Below, piece after piece: positions 55,914-56,485 of a DNA stretch of 56,485 nt. A model generated the notes under the pieces. That model ran no database searches and was not told the DNA's origin. It saw nothing but the letters and a program-made list of their open reading frames with translations. Source of the DNA: a virus. Taxonomy: Duplodnaviria; Caudoviricetes. Both the position numbers and the translations under genes were made by a program. Numbering within the stretch: position 1 is the stretch's first letter; every line of letters starts with the position of its first letter. The stretch spans positions 1-56,485 of the IMG/VR virus record IMGVR_UViG_3300028025_001707. One strand, given 5' to 3'.

Positions 55914-55934
55914 GACATGTTTTTTAAAAAGTAA

Positions 55935-56231
55935 TTACTCGACAAAGTTAGTAAATTCAAATGAATTACAAACAGAGTTCTCGCACGCAGTTATTTCTAC
56001 AAACCTATTCATGCGAAACGCTGGCTCCTGATACCTACCAAGAAGCTGCTGATATATCTCCTCGTTACGAACCTCCTCCAATAAAACACCAGTGACAATC
56101 CCATCGTTCTCCAATACCTGCCGAACAGTATACTCCTCACCCTTCTTCACCCACTGCGGATACACCATGCACACGAACTCTATCTGGTCCGCCTTGATGG
56201 AATCATCTATGCACAGAAGCCTACTCCTCAT
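55935..56231 (-). CDS. Hypothetical protein
   Basis: 98 aa with globular-looking composition (LCIDD...KKGEEYTVR...GVLLEEV...EPAF). Confidence 0.65.
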   Translation of the reverse strand: MRSRLLCIDDSIKADQIEFVCMVYPQWVKKGEEYTVRQVLENDGIVTGVLLEEVRNEEIYQQLLGRYQEPAFRMNRFVEITACENSVCNSFEFTNFVE

Positions 56232-56318
56232 TGTTCATCATTATATACCTCTTACCATCCGTAAGCCAACGCATCACATAGTTCGTCTGACGCCTCTTAG
56301 ACCTCTGAATGTACGTAA

Positions 56319-56430
56319 ATGTTGACTTGTGTCGAGAAATGTCGGTCCAGTGTCGAGAAAATGTCGACTCAAAAACACGTAAGTTGTTGATCCTGTGCAT
56401 GTTATCCATTTTTAGTGTCGAGATGTCGAC
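56319..56430. repeat. Cluster of seven TGTCGA-like hexamers, five spaced 10-11 bp apart
   Basis: Copies start at 56320, 56330, 56340, 56351, 56362, 56416 and 56424, followed by A/T tracts. Confidence 0.75.
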
Positions 56431-56485
56431 TTTACTGCAAAAAAAAATATTTTTTTTATTTTTTCCTACTACTACTACTATATAT

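Noticed and set aside
56221-56409. 62-aa ORF across the hexamer repeats
   Set aside because: It runs through the repeat cluster with no recognisable features; a non-coding role is more likely.
1-56485. Stop-codon reassignment
   Set aside because: Genes tile densely under the standard code, and TAA, TAG and TGA all end credible genes.
1-56485. tRNA genes, integrase/att sites, terminal repeats
   Set aside because: None recognisable by eye; intergenic gaps are short and explained by promoters and terminators, and the window ends do not match each other.

Overview
The window is most of the genome of a tailed, probably podovirus-like phage of a Bacteroidota host. The host is inferred from recurrent TAnnTTTG promoters, A-rich start regions without Shine-Dalgarno sequences, and a DUF3127-type SSB. 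Positions 1-8.9 kb (+ strand) hold recombination and replication genes: exonuclease, SSB, primase-helicase, SF2 helicase, VRR-NUC nuclease and a metallophosphoesterase. Positions 8.9-56.2 kb (almost all - strand) hold a 2856-aa internal virion protein, ejection proteins, tail proteins, major capsid, scaffold, portal, an intein-containing terminase, a lysis cassette, fibres, GroEL/GroES and many tiny basic proteins. No DNA polymerase, RNA polymerase, integrase, tRNA or CRISPR array is recognisable. The best candidate for a new system is in the tail module. A Cys-rich protein with four poly-Thr/Ser (mucin-like) tracts is translationally coupled to a glycosyltransferase whose motifs resemble plant GT96/GT95 protein O-glycosyltransferases. 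A Ser-Pro4 motif and a 2OG-Fe(II) oxygenase lie just downstream, suggesting phage-encoded O-glycosylation of a virion protein. Other leads are a stand-alone ~65-nt RNA antisense to the start codons of two secreted paralogues, a gene nested out of frame in the giant ORF, an A10 slippage site, a duplicated two-gene cassette and several apparently leaderless genes. All family assignments come from motif recognition by eye; no searches were run.
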